The position numbers and the translations under genes were made by a program. From Bugula neritina (lineage: Eukaryota; Animalia; Bryozoa): a stretch of DNA of 64,000 nucleotides. Under the pieces are notes generated by a model. It was not told the origin of the DNA. It did no database searches and was given only the letters and a program-made list of their open reading frames with translations. Each line of letters opens with the position of its first letter. The first letter of the stretch is position 1. Location of the stretch: assembly GCA_964035545.1 (NCBI GenBank), contig OZ037773.1:649751-713750 (forward strand), read 5' to 3'. Positions 24,601 through 34,000 of the stretch are shown in pieces.

Positions 24601-27600
24601 GGCTCCAACAACGGGGGGGGGGGGGCTTCTCCTACTGCGTCGGGGCTAGCCCAATACGGCTTCAAGCGAGACTCATTCTGGATAGACACCTGTCCTGAGC
24701 GCTCAATCTTGTACGTATGGTCGGGCATAGCCTCGACAATCACGTAGGGCCCCACGAACTTAGGCTGTAACTTAGCCGCCTGTCTGCGACACCTACGGTA
24801 ATTGACCATCCACACCTTATCCCCCGTTTGGTAGAGGGGTGGTTCCTCGGAATCTTCGTGTCGCACCTTCCACTGCTGTTCGCGCAGTATATCGTGTGCG
24901 GCCTTCATCCGTTCCACTAGTTCACTGGCATACTCGTGAATCGAGTTGTCTAGCTCTGGAACGTGGTAGGTGAGAAGGTCAGGTACCCGGGTCTTTCTCC
25001 CGAGCATCAAGAGGTTTGGGGTCTCACCAGTACTGGTGTGTGGGGTGCTACGGTATGCACGCATGACCTGCGGCAACACCATGTCCTATTCCTCTTGACT
25101 GCGTCCAAGGAGGAGACTCCGGAGCGCATCACCTAGCATCCGGTTGTTGCGCTCCACCACCTCATTACCTTGTGGGTGAAAGGGGGTGGTCCTGCTCTGA
25201 TTTACTCCCCAGCGGCGGCAAAGGTCACTCATCAGTTGAGACTGGAATTGAGCGCCTTGATCAGAGTGTATCTGTTCGGGAGACCGAAATAACAGAATAC
25301 ATGTTGGTCTAGTACCCTGGCCACTGTTGGGGCTGACGCATCTGGGATAGCCAGAGCATCCGCCCACCTAGTAAAGTGGTCGGTTAATACTAAGATCCAA
25401 CTATTGCCTCTGGGGGTCAGGGGCATGGGTCCGACCAGGTCAACAGCTACCACTTACCACGGCCTGCCAGCATATAGCCTCCGCCGTCCCGCTTCACCAG
25501 GGAGACGGCCATGCTTGCTGGCCTGGCAGATTTCGCACTGTTTTACTCTGAGCCGGACATCCTGCCCCATTTTTGGCCAATACTACCGGGGACTCGTCAA
25601 CCTCCTGCCTGAGTTGACCCTGGTCCCAGTCAAACGGTGCTCCGTGGTGAGCCAATGTCTCTAACTCGCATCGCGGGGGACCTCCGTCCCTCCTCTCGAT
25701 GTTGAGACACTGTTTGCAACCTCCATCAGGTCGGCGGCTCAAACCATCCGCATTGCTGTGTCTCTTGCCCGGTCGATGTTCAATCCGGTACGAGAATTCA
25801 GCTAGGATTTCGAGCCACCGGGCGACCTGACTAGAGGGCTCTGCTCTCTTGCACAACCAGATCAGCAAGGCATGATCCGTACGCAGCCGGAACTTCCTGC
25901 CGTATAAGTATGGTCTGAAGTGCTTCACTGACTTGATTACTGCCAGCAGCTCCTCGCGGGTAGTGCAGTAATTTTGTTCAGTGGGTGAGAGAGACCTGCT
26001 GTAGTAGGCTACTACTACCTCTCGGCCTTCCTGCACTTGAGACAGCACAGCGCCAACATTTTGGTCACTGGCGTCAGTGTCGAGGATGTACTCCAGAGTG
26101 GGGTCTGGGTAGGCCAAGATGGGCGCCGTTAGCAGGCAGCCCTTGAGGCGGTCGAACGCTCCTTGTTCGACTGGGGTCCACTGCCACGTCACTCCCTTTG
26201 CGGTGAGCCGGTTTAACGGCTGTGCTATGCCCGCAAAGTCTGGTATGTATTGCCTGTAATACCCTACCAGCCCCAAGAAAGCCGGAGTCCGGTCAAGTCT
26301 TGGGGGGTGACCCAGTCTTCTATTGCCCGTACCTTCTCGGGATCCGTTGCCACGCCGTTTCGACCGACAACGTGCCCCAGGTACTTAACCTCTGGCTGCA
26401 ATAGAGCGCACTTGGAAGGTTTGAGCTTAAGACCGGCACCTCGGAGTCTCTCAAAGACCTCCTGCAGATGACTGACATGCGTCCCGAAGTCTGGGGAGAT
26501 CATGATGACATCATCGAGGTAGATCAGCAGTGTCTTCCAATGGAGCCCGCTGAGGACTTGCTCCATCAGCTTCTGGAAGGTGGCTGGGGCGGAGGTTAAC
26601 CCGAAAGGCAACACCTTCCACTTCCACAAACCGTCCCGTGTGATAAACGCCACTTTCTCCTGGGCGTCGGGACTCAGAGGCACTGGCCAATAGCCACTCA
26701 GCAAGTCTAACGTACTGAAGTACTTGCTGCCGGCTAGGGCATCCAATGACTCGTCAATTTGAGGTGGGGGGTAGGCGTCCTGTATGGTTACGCTATTGAG
26801 TTTGCGATAATCCACACAGAACCGCCAACTGCTGTCTTTCTTCCGGACCAATACGACCGGCGAGCTCCACGCACTATGGGCGGGCTCTATGAGGCCGCGG
26901 TCTAGAAGATCCCGTACTTGTCGGCTAACCTCCTTCTTTTTTTCTGGCCCCAGCCTGCGTGTGGGTTGCCGGACAGGGACTGTTCCTGCAGTCAGCGGTA
27001 TTTCGTGTCTGACAACTCCAGTCAGCCCCACGTCATAATCTCCGCTGCTGAACACATCACCGTAGTCGCGTAGCAACTTCGCCATAGCTTGGCGTTCTTT
27101 GTTGCTCGCGCAGCTGCCACAGGCTGTATCATACAACTCCCGGAGATGTGCTGGGACTGTCCCTCGCCCTTGAGTAGGGCACCGAGGGAATGCCTCCGTC
27201 GCATCACCCAGCGGCGGGCCCACGTCCTCCTCTTGAACAGAGTGAAAACGGCCCAGCATAGACCCAGCCGGAAGCTTGACAGACTCGGTAAAGGGGTTGA
27301 CGCACTGCACTAAGATCTCCCCTTGTTCAGTCAGCTGATTCAGACTGCTGGCAAGTTGGATCCTTTCGTGCGCGCCTTCAACTACCCCGAGTCCAAAGAT
27401 CCGGCTATTGTTCACCCTGCAGTGAATGGTAGCCCGGGAGCGGCCTGGTATGGTACGGTTGCGTACCACCTGCACCCCTCCCACTAAAGGGCGGCCGAAC
27501 TTGTCGACGCAGGCGAGTTCTCGCCCGGACATCACCATCGCAGATTTACTAAAATCGATGTGACATCCGTGCCGTTTTAGGAATGGCATCCCGAGGATGG

Positions 27601-30220
27601 CGTCCTCCTTGAGCTGACTGACAATAAACGTCTCTTGGATCGTTTGATCACGGACTCGTCCCATCAGCTCAATTATACCATAGAAGGGAAGGCATGACCC
27701 GTCAGCTAGAGTGCCATACTCCCCCTCGTATGGTTCCATCTCGCCCCTGACCTTACCACTGAGGGTGTCGAAGAGTTGGCGGCTTAAGAGGTTCGTGGTA
27801 CAGCCTGAATCAATGAGGAAAGTAACAGCTTTGCCTTCCAGTTTACCGGGCAAGAAATAGCTGTTTCCATGGGGCTGTACCTGACTTCTCTCTTCAGGCC
27901 TTACTCTCGCAGGGAGTACCTCCCTCGCTCTGGGTCGCAAAGGAGATCTCTTGGGATGGTGGTAAGTGGGCCTTGGAGATGCCGAGGCTAGCTTTCCGGC
28001 TACCTTTGCTGGCTCCCATTCAGATTCTTGGGCTGGTAGCCCGTCGAATCGATTGTGGAAGGGCATGGAAAAGGTAGCGGCGGAGCGGAGCCCCTTGCTG
28101 GTCCGTTGCGGCTGTTGCCACTGTTGGTTGCCAGTACGCGGTACCCGTCTGGGTGACCTGCGTTTCTTCTTCCCTGGGGGTTTCATCGTCGGCCCGCAGG
28201 AGGTGGGAACATCTGCAGGCCGCAGTAGTTTAACCCCGGAGTTAGGAAGGGACAGTACCTGCGAAAATGTCCTTGATTTCCGCATTCCCAGCAAAAACTG
28301 ACCGTTTCCCCCGGTGGCGGCGCCGGTGGCCGTACGGGCTCAGCGGCGGTACCTACTGGGGTTTGGGGTATCAGTGTTGCTATCAGTTTGGCCAGCATGT
28401 CTGTCAGTTGAGTGACTTTCGATGCTGTCGCTAACTGAGCCACGGCAGCCGTGGCGGAGGTTTCCTCCTCTCGTCCCGCTGCCGTGTCTGCGCGGTCTAC
28501 CTCCACTTGACGGGAGCTCCCGCGACTTTTATGCATTTGATTTGCTAGGAAGTAAGCTTCCCCCTCAGTCAGAGCATCTTCAACGGTGGTGACTCCCCTA
28601 GCTAGAAACTGGTGGTGGAGACCCGAATCGTCGACAGATGCTATGAAAGCGTCGAAGGTATACCTCTCGCGGTTGACTGGGGACAAGTCGCTGTATGCGA
28701 TCTGTGCCAGCTTCATGACCGCGGCGGCATGCTCCCGCAGCGGGGATCACGACGCAACCTCTGCAATAGGGCCCGGGCATCTGTAGCAGAGAGGCTGAAG
28801 CGGGCCCGCAGAGAAGCAAAGATATTATCGATGTCTACGCCCAGCCCATAAGGCTTGGCTTTGTCCATCAATGCCATTCTAAGCTTCAGCAGGGCCACCC
28901 TAGGGGGCCACTGGGCGACGTCCATTACGTCGCTAAACTCATGGATGAATTGCTCCACCTCTTCTTCGCCCGTGAAGGTGGGCGCCTTTAACCGGTAGCG
29001 GTCTTCAGTTAGTTCTCGCGGAACCCTTCGCTCTTCTACTACATGGTTAACAGGCATTGTCTCTACAGCATTGTCTCTACGCTCACCTTCTACTGCCGGT
29101 GGTTGCGTTCCAGCATTTTCAGTCTCCATCTTGGATGCACTATCCCATCGCTGCCACCACTGTTATGTTTTTCAGAATTAGGGTTGATATGCAATCCAGA
29201 GAGTCTAATTACTTGCTATAGAACTGCACCAGGATAAGTCGAGTGAACGAGTATATATTTTAAACACACTAATACATTACAAAAACGATACAAATACATT
29301 TGACAATTCACACATCTAGACTATTCAGCACTCTAACTTCGACTGACTAACAGCGGAAAACTACTACTGCTGCTAACTATCAAAACCGCTAATTGGCTAT
29401 CAATTGTTCCGGGTCAATTACGCGACCCTGTATACTGTGCTGCTGGTAGCTCCACGAGCCACCACACTATGTAACTGTTGTGACATACTGTTTGTTTATC
29501 AAGTGGGTCAGTTAGCTTCGAGATTTGAGATAATAAAGTGTTGTGACAGTAAGAAAGTTGGTAGTAATCTATTGCAGTACTTATCTATAAAACGCAACAG
29601 TGATACATACAAAAAATGACGCTTTTATATTTAATTACATTAATCTAAAATATAGTAATTTTTTAAATAAAGAACTCGAAATTGTACACTTACCTTTTAT
29701 TTTTGAACAAGCTTCTTATCCTGTTAAAATTGAAAGCTGTAATATTCTATTATGTCATTTTTTCAAGAAAATAAATGCATGGTGAAAGAAAATCTTTTTC
29801 TGGTTACCTAGTGAATATTATACGAGTGACAACAATGATATAACGAGGCTAACTAATCATAGATCAATCTTCTAGTACGTGAGATTCTGACCACGTAGTT
29901 AGTTGAAAGGTGTAATTTGTTCACTGTAAGCTAAATTTAATAGCTACCACCTGTCAACTTTACGGCTTACAATGCTCACATAGTTAACGAGATGCTAATT
30001 TTCATAGCCATAGAGTCTACACTACGTTGAAAAGTTGGCTGATGCGAGATGGTTACTTCTATAGCCGTAGAGGCGCTTATTATACTACTAGCAGTCTCAA
30101 TCTGAATATAGCGGTAGAAGAATTGCTGAGTATATGGCTTTTTTCTGTATAGTAGCATGGCTCAAGACAGTAGAGAGTAGAGACACCATTGTTTATGGAC
30201 TTTACAATGATGCTCTTTGA
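61..30220 (+). CDS. Multi-exon type-I membrane protein (5' end outside window): two tandem modules of a beta-propeller/NHL-like domain plus Thr-rich mucin stalk, one TM helix, short tail
   Basis: GT-AG exons that join in frame. Module 1: 61-178, 1314-1428, 2226-2784, 3272-3399, 5346-5504, 5748-6219 (poly-Thr). Module 2: 7311-7428, 9678-9792, 10002-10560, 10725-10852, 11071-11232, 11883-12020, 12532-12759 (T/P-rich). Then 13116-13145, TM exon 13338-13451 ([27 protein letters not shown]) and a probable last exon 30153-30220 ([21 protein letters not shown]) beyond the Polinton. The propeller call rests on NHL-like motifs ([31 protein letters not shown]) and is inference. Confidence 0.7.
879..971. 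repeat. (CT)n microsatellite
   Basis: Pure TC dinucleotide run. Confidence 0.97.
4733..5163. mobile_element. ~430-bp MITE-like element with imperfect ~65-bp terminal inverted repeats
   Basis: AATAGACCCTTTTTAGAGATCC..CAATTAAGAGTTGTG at 4733 is matched in reverse by CACAACTCTTAATTG..GGACCTCTGAAAAGGGTTTATT ending at 5163. Non-coding interior. Confidence 0.6.
7601..8500 (-). mobile_element. 5'-truncated Penelope-like element #1 (GIY-YIG endonuclease fragment, inverted pLTR end)
   Basis: ORF 7949-8407 has [32 protein letters not shown] (PLE GIY-YIG). 7601-7619 is inverted at 8482-8500. Embedded in (TA)n runs. Confidence 0.85.
7655..7696 (-). ncRNA. Minimal type-I hammerhead ribozyme (core GAAA mutated to AAAA) in PLE #1 3' region
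   Basis: Minus strand reads CTACT-CTGAAGA-T-GGGTAC-agtg-GTACCC-AAAA-TAT-C-AGTAG: stem I CTACT/AGTAG, stem II GGGTAC/GTACCC, CUGANGA core. Confidence 0.7.
8575..9553 (-). mobile_element. 5'-truncated Penelope-like element #2 (GIY-YIG fragment, ~105-bp inverted pLTR)
   Basis: ORF 8993-9481: [51 protein letters not shown]. 8647-8752 is inverted at 9451-9553. Flanked by (TA)n. Confidence 0.88.
8712..8756 (-). ncRNA. Minimal type-I hammerhead ribozyme in PLE #2 (second partial copy on + at 9451-9491)
   Basis: Minus: ACAC-CTGACGA-GTGCAG-ttta-CTGTAC-AAAA-CTATATAG-TC-GTGT. The plus copy CTGACGAGTGCAGTTTACTGTACGAAACCATATAGTCGTGT retains GAAA. Confidence 0.78.
11436..11594. repeat. (CA)n/(CACG)n compound microsatellite
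   Basis: Seen directly; explains the spurious HT/CV ORFs. Confidence 0.95.
13753..14159 (+). repeat. Polinton left terminal inverted repeat
   Basis: Reverse complement of 29600-30089, with substitutions and one ~80-bp indel. Confidence 0.93.
14026..14573 (-). pseudogene. Polinton adenain-like cysteine protease (PRO), disrupted
   Basis: [19 protein letters not shown] in 14295-14573; YFDSFG in a shifted frame; [15 protein letters not shown] continuing into ORF 14026-14223. H/D/Q/C catalytic motifs are present. Confidence 0.88.
14570..15880 (-). pseudogene. Polinton major capsid protein (PY/hexon-like), fragmented by stops and frameshifts
   Basis: N-term [35 protein letters not shown]; [37 protein letters not shown]; [36 protein letters not shown]. 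These are typical Polinton MCP motifs. Confidence 0.92.
16007..16312 (-). CDS. Polinton small basic/amphipathic core-like protein (QxGxG-LGSIF type)
   Basis: [33 protein letters not shown]; lies between mCP and MCP as in related Polintons. Probably ends at a premature stop before a basic tail. Confidence 0.7.
   Translation of the reverse strand: MRIIPFDCDAASNSYRQLYEQSGNGMIPIFSGKKYQTGYSLGSIFGNILKAALPVVKQGVKSLGKTAINTSLNIARDSLSGKPFRESTKDNVNSTAGEVIT
16309..17079 (-). CDS. Polinton minor capsid protein (PX/penton-like)
   Basis: [56 protein letters not shown]; intact 256-aa ORF. Confidence 0.88.
   Translation of the reverse strand: MRFVLPSNASLKHFPKNSISVYTVQLPQRLDFTDGSYKIGLSEIHFYKSWFNVKQCSITLKVNEAEETVHLDDGYYKSDKKLIQSINQAINDQCLNLKVKFIFYYNDVNKIFYVIAENVRGCSINITYSPSLEKILNVQEEKIEIKSMADNTILVKYKTPIKLHTIFNLMVYTDVAESSIIGDTQAQLLGVVGVEDGHWRLRSTNFNNVQYCKINKTHVSSVSIYIYTDYGEKVPFTHGRAVVMVDIRKIKPINLI
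17113..18588 (-). pseudogene. Polinton retroviral-type integrase with C-terminal chromodomain, interrupted by a solo LTR
   Basis: [28 protein letters not shown]-term; SDRGKEF and [13 protein letters not shown] core pieces; [14 protein letters not shown]; [23 protein letters not shown] chromodomain. Confidence 0.9.
17739..18077 (+). mobile_element. Solo LTR of the same Gypsy family as 22352-29466 (diverged, opposite orientation)
   Basis: TGTGGTGGCTC..CGTAACA with 4-bp TSD ATAT (17735-17738 / 18078-18081). Shares GTAATTGACCCGGAACAAT and AGCCAATTAGCG with the provirus LTRs. Confidence 0.92.
18539..19264 (-). CDS. Polinton hypothetical protein (241 aa)
   Basis: Intact ORF. The [25 protein letters not shown] motif resembles the ORF found upstream of INT in related Polintons. 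Confidence 0.65.
   Translation of the reverse strand: MNSQSARKFSLVDAADLKHNSFVNADVSKNNDYQQIERNKPLIIKELFAVDKLMSEILNDNTLSENEKVTAYNNVLTNYQELKTTNYKKISSTKLPILSKNSEPQLKEAEIFTSYNPLLAIPQRFKTKASQLWDILKKDGKVSVNDAGQVTINGNQLGESNLSDLINLAVNSQLKGKTLKGWKEFRQVLIDYNVPKLLINQNVIEEKSKSRREPSKLSSSEWDLYDGKAKTQKAKSRLQLY
19261..19611 (-). CDS. Polinton basic protein with adenovirus pX-like QKGG/FF cleavage motif and hydrophobic tail
   Basis: [35 protein letters not shown]; 116 aa, intact. Confidence 0.72.
   Translation of the reverse strand: MTARIKKHAKTLSYLAECDKHNCKAIINAAGSELLNCFSDICYNVLKGKVSLSPTEENNLRKYKNILRKIADKKSTLKTKKTLVQKGGFFSALLGPSIESVLAPLSKGIFSSFRKR
19626..20273 (-). pseudogene. Polinton packaging ATPase (FtsK/HerA, A32-like), disrupted
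   Basis: Walker [10 protein letters not shown] and Walker B LILFDDLM, then a stop. Downstream [15 protein letters not shown] and C-term [11 protein letters not shown]. Confidence 0.9.
20441..20839 (-). pseudogene. Putative viral Bcl-2-like protein (~130 aa, two in-frame stops)
   Basis: ATG at 20839 is in frame with ORF 20486-20731. [29 protein letters not shown] aligns gap-free to the BH1 region; FIQQK*W sits at the BH2 position. Confidence 0.45.
20894..21256. repeat. ~3.2 tandem copies of a ~110-128-bp unit inside the Polinton
   Basis: Units start at ~20894, ~21022, ~21134 and (partial) ~21244: AACTTGCTTTTATACATTCTGTGTTCAATAGTAGCAG..GAGATATATTG..GATGTTGTATATTAAC. Confidence 0.85.
21440..22057 (-). 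pseudogene. Polinton orphan ORF (~205 aa) split by one in-frame TAG
   Basis: ORFs 21722-22057 and 21440-21712 are in the same frame, separated by a single stop plus 3 codons. Confidence 0.6.
22930..23835 (-). CDS. Gypsy accessory ORF3: C2H2-like zinc finger(s), RS/P-rich segment, coiled coil; apparently spliced
   Basis: ORF 22930-23745 has no ATG start. Canonical 81-nt intron 23712-23792 (GTAACT..TACTAAC..TTTTTCAG) joins a 43-nt upstream exon in frame. CQIC-x12-H-x3-Y; CPC..H; RRTRSPSP; [15 protein letters not shown]. Confidence 0.68.
24309..28294 (-). pseudogene. pol: Gypsy pol (aspartic protease, RT, RNase H, integrase with GPY/F) with frameshifts and an internal deletion
   Basis: FLIDSGCT; [19 protein letters not shown]; DTDASD..TDH..NADGLSR; DLVGPMP..DHFTRW..HSDQG..GNEVVER; KFVGPY. 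Confidence 0.95.
28183..29129 (-). pseudogene. gag: Gypsy gag with CCHC knuckle (one frameshift near 28715)
   Basis: [19 protein letters not shown]; [14 protein letters not shown]. Confidence 0.9.
29142..29159 (-). promoter_or_regulatory. Primer-binding site complementary to the tRNA-Leu 3' end
   Basis: TGGTGGCAGCGATGGGAT starts 1 nt after the 5' LTR. Its complement ATCCCATCGCTGCCACCA differs by one base from the animal tRNA-Leu(AAG) 3' end ATCCCACCGCTGCCACCA. Confidence 0.8.
29600..30089 (-). repeat. Polinton right terminal inverted repeat
   Basis: Reverse complement of 13753-14159; includes a copy of the protease C-terminal coding sequence. Confidence 0.93.
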
Positions 30221-30654
30221 TAGGGTAGAGAATATTATTGTTACTCTGTTTCTACATATATTGGCGAGTTGATAAATTCCTAACTTGCTACTAGTTGAAC
30301 AACATATAGGATTCCCACTTTGCTACTAGTTGAACAACATAGAGGAACATTATATTGCACAGAATGCTTTATTTCAAAAACTAAATTTTCTTGGGATTTT
30401 ATTAGACAGCTCAAATAAAAAATGCACAAAATTTATTTTGTTTCCCATACCATTCATCAGAAATAGAATGCATAAACTAAACAATAATTTATAATTATTA
30501 TTAAATCAAAGAGTGAAGAAAAAGTGTACACTATACAAATGCAAGTCTGAAAAAAAAATTGTGTGCCTACATTGCATTACATGACTTACTCTCATTTAAT
30601 TTTATTACATTAAATGGTTCACTCTTCCCACCCACTGCAATAACTGCTACCAAG

Positions 30655-31026
30655 AGCTGTAGTAACTGTTCACAACTGTAGTAAGCGCTGTTACAAACTG
30701 TAGTAACTACTGTTCACAACTGTAGCGACTACTGTTCAAAACTGCAGTAACTACTGTTCAAAACTGTAGTAACTACTGTTCACAACTGTAGAAACTACTG
30801 TTCACAAGTGTAGTAACTACTGTTCACAACTGTAGTAACTATTGTTCACAACTGTAGTAACTATTGTTCACAACTGTAGTAACTATTGTTCACAACTGTA
30901 GTAACTACTGTTCACAACTGTAGTAACTATTGTTCACAACTGTAGTAACTATTGTTCACAACTGTAGTAACTACTGTTCACAACTGTAGTAACTATTGTT
31001 CACAACTGTAGTAACTATTGTTCACA
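30655..31026. repeat. 22-bp minisatellite (ACTGTAGTAACTAYTGTTCACA), ~17 copies, just 3' of the MED6 stop
   Basis: Direct tandem repeat. Confidence 0.93.
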
Positions 31027-31047
31027 GTGTCTGTTTCCCCTAAAAAC

Positions 31048-34000
31048 TCAGGCTCCTGCTTCAGTTTTTATACGAGAAACTTTGGCACTGGGCTGAGTGG
31101 TGGAAGAAGAATCGGTGAGCTCTCTTTTCAGTGAGACTTTCACATCCTTTATGTCTTCAGACTTTACCAGAGAAACATCTACAGTACAGTATTACCTACA
31201 GTTAGTACAGTATTACCTACAGTTAGTACAGTACTACCTACAGTTCGTACAGTATTACCTACAGTTGGTACAGTATTACCCACAGTTAGTACAATATTAC
31301 CTATAATAGGTACAGTATTGCCTACAGTAAGTACAGTATTGCCTACAGTAAGTACAGTATTACCTACAGTTAGTACAGTATTACCTACAGTTAGTACAGT
31401 ATTACCTACAGTTAGTACAGTATTACCTACAGTTAGTACAGTATTACCTACAGTTAGTACAGTATTACCTACAGTTAGTACAGTATTACCTACAGTTGGT
31501 ACAGTATTACCTACAGTTAGTACAGTATTACCTACAGTTATTATAGACTACCTACAGTTAGTACAGTATTACCTACAGTTAGTACAGTATTACCTACAGT
31601 TAGTACAGTATTATCTACAGTTAGTACAGTATTACCTACAGTTAGTACAGTATTACCTACAGTTAGTACAGTATTATCTACAGTTAGTACAGTATTACCT
31701 ACAGTTATTATAGACTACCTACAGTTAGTACAGTACTGTCGACAGTTGGTACAGTATTACCTACAGTAAGTACAGTATTACCTACAGTTAGTACAGTATT
31801 ACCTACAATAAGTATAGTATTACCTACAGTTAGTATAGTATTACCTACAGCTAACATAGTATTACCCACAGTTGATATAGACTACGTACCGTTAGTATAG
31901 TATTACTTACAGTTAGGACAGAGTTACCTACAGTAAGTACAATATTACCTACAGTTGGTACAGTATTACCTACAGTTAGTACAGTATTACCCACAGTTAG
32001 TACAGTATTACCCACAGTTAGTACAATATTACCTACAGTAAGTACAGTATTACCTACAGTAGGTACAGTACTACCTACAGTTAGCATTGATTAATTTTTA
32101 CATATTGCAAATGCTTACTTTGAGAAGTTTCTGTTTTCAAGGTAACTGCCGGCTGAGATACTTTCATTGGATATTGCCGGGCCAGCTCACCTAAGAACAA
32201 AATGGTATGACACAACGTAGTCGCTACAAGTATCAATTTTTATCCCCCATAGCGGAGTTGCCTTCCGTCTATGGAGAACAAATAGTATGCACTTAAAACA
32301 CAAGAGTTAAGTCTAATTCAATAAATAGAAGCAATTACGATCACTGAGAGAAAAAACATTTTCCAACATAGTATATGGAAGAAAAAGTACCAACAATTAG
32401 AGTTATAAGGTGTATAACACAATTTCCTTCATGCATAATATTATACTATATGCGGATATACCAAAAGGCTATCACTACTCATGTAGTCTCTACTATCTCA
32501 ACTTACCTAACAGTAAGTCAACCCTTTGCCTCTGAAACCAGGAGGCCTGCTCCTTGGGTGGCTCAACATCCTCCTCTGAAAACGATTTGAAGAACACAGT
32601 CTACACAAATTTAAACTTGGGGGATTCTGGTTACAAAATACATTAATGTACGCAGCAGGTTGGGTATTTATTGTACGCAACTTTGTAGAGCTTTCCGAGT
32701 TATAAACTCAGTTTCAAGCAAACAAATTATTATATTTAACACAGTATATAACAGAACAACAAATTTTAAAATTCTTTTAGCATATTTTCAAAGCCTTTGC
32801 TGCAGTTTGAGGACACATTATCTGCTATTTCAATGCATAAACTGAAAGTCTACATAAAGGAGCTTAAACTACACTCTCACCTTGACCTTTCTGCTCAGTG
32901 AACTGCCACCAGTAGCCTTTAGATGGGTGGTATCGGGCATGCTTTATGGCTGCAAATAGATCAATAAATGAATAAGAGTGCGTGCGAGCATGTGTATGCT
33001 GTATACTGTATATCAGATAGTATAATTGCAGTAAATATAATATTTTGTCCATATATATTGCATATCACATATAACAGATGTGTCCATGTAGAGATACTGG
33101 TATACACAGTAAAGAAATTTTGCTGTATAGAACGTGCTTTAGTTCAAAGTCAACGGGCCTCGCCGTTTCTGATAATGAAAAGAAATTATTAGACTCAAAA
33201 TGATAGCAGAGGCCGATAGAAGCGAAATATTTCGAGTTCAAAACTATAAACCTCACTGCAGCTGAACAAAACTAGATGGTACACTAAATATTGAGCTGGT
33301 TTTAAATGCTTACCTTTGTTGAGGGCTGCATTCAAACTAAATGTGGTGTTCATCTACAAAAATGAAATAATTATAAATATATATAAAAGCAGCTTTAGAG
33401 ATACCAAAAGCAGTAGTTGTACACACAATGATGACTAAAACAAATCCTGGCTTCAGTGAGCAATACACTAGTATACTAATACACTAGTATACTAGTGTAT
33501 TAGTATACTAATACACTAGTAGTAACACTGTAGATTGTTTTTCAGAATTTCCCTTATACACTATATTTACTTAAAAATTTATTCAGAAAAATCTACCAGG
33601 TCAAAACATAACCCAACCAATAATGAAGGGATTCATTCAGTGTATTATATCCAATAATGGATATGAGATTTCCGGGACTTCATCAATGTTAAAAAGCTAA
33701 GCCAAAAGTTATCTGTAATCTTAAGCCAGTAAATGTACGTCACCATCGCATGATTTCAACAAGTTGCATGAAATACGTTCAACAGACATTGATTGCGTAT
33801 GTTGATCTTATCAGGTCTTCTCAACCCAACTCAGACTGACTTAAGTCATTTATTAACGTGACTAGTACACCTAAAATCATGGTCTGAACAAATGACTTGT
33901 CTAGTCATTGCTGTGACTTCCCTCCAGCTCTTACAGATGTAAACTTACCATTCTAGAGTTGACTAGAGTGCAGACGTCAGGCGCCTTGTATATGATACCT

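Larger units (their letters stand above)
22352..29466 (-). mobile_element. Gypsy/Ty3 LTR retrotransposon provirus nested in the Polinton
   Basis: LTRs 29161-29466 (5') and 22352-22641 (3'), TG..CA, differing by a few substitutions and a ~17-bp indel. Flanks ATAT/CTAT. gag-pol order PR-RT-RH-INT. Confidence 0.97.
13753..30089 (-). mobile_element. Polinton/Maverick (adintovirus-like) element, pPolB-less and decayed, with nested LTR insertions
   Basis: Starts AGTAGTATAATAAGCGCC and ends GGCGCTTATTATACTACT (5'-AG..CT-3'). Perfect 6-bp TSD AGCAGT at 13747-13752 and 30090-30095. Long TIRs. Carries PRO, MCP, mCP, INT and ATPase homologues. Confidence 0.96.

Noticed and set aside
29142-29159. tRNA-Leu gene
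   Set aside because: Only 18 nt including CCA, adjacent to the LTR: a primer-binding site.
30655-32085. Regular 21-22-bp repeats as a CRISPR array, and the LQLVQYY/VSTVLPT ORFs as genes
   Set aside because: There are no unique spacers. These are head-to-tail minisatellites in the intron and 3' region of eukaryotic MED6.
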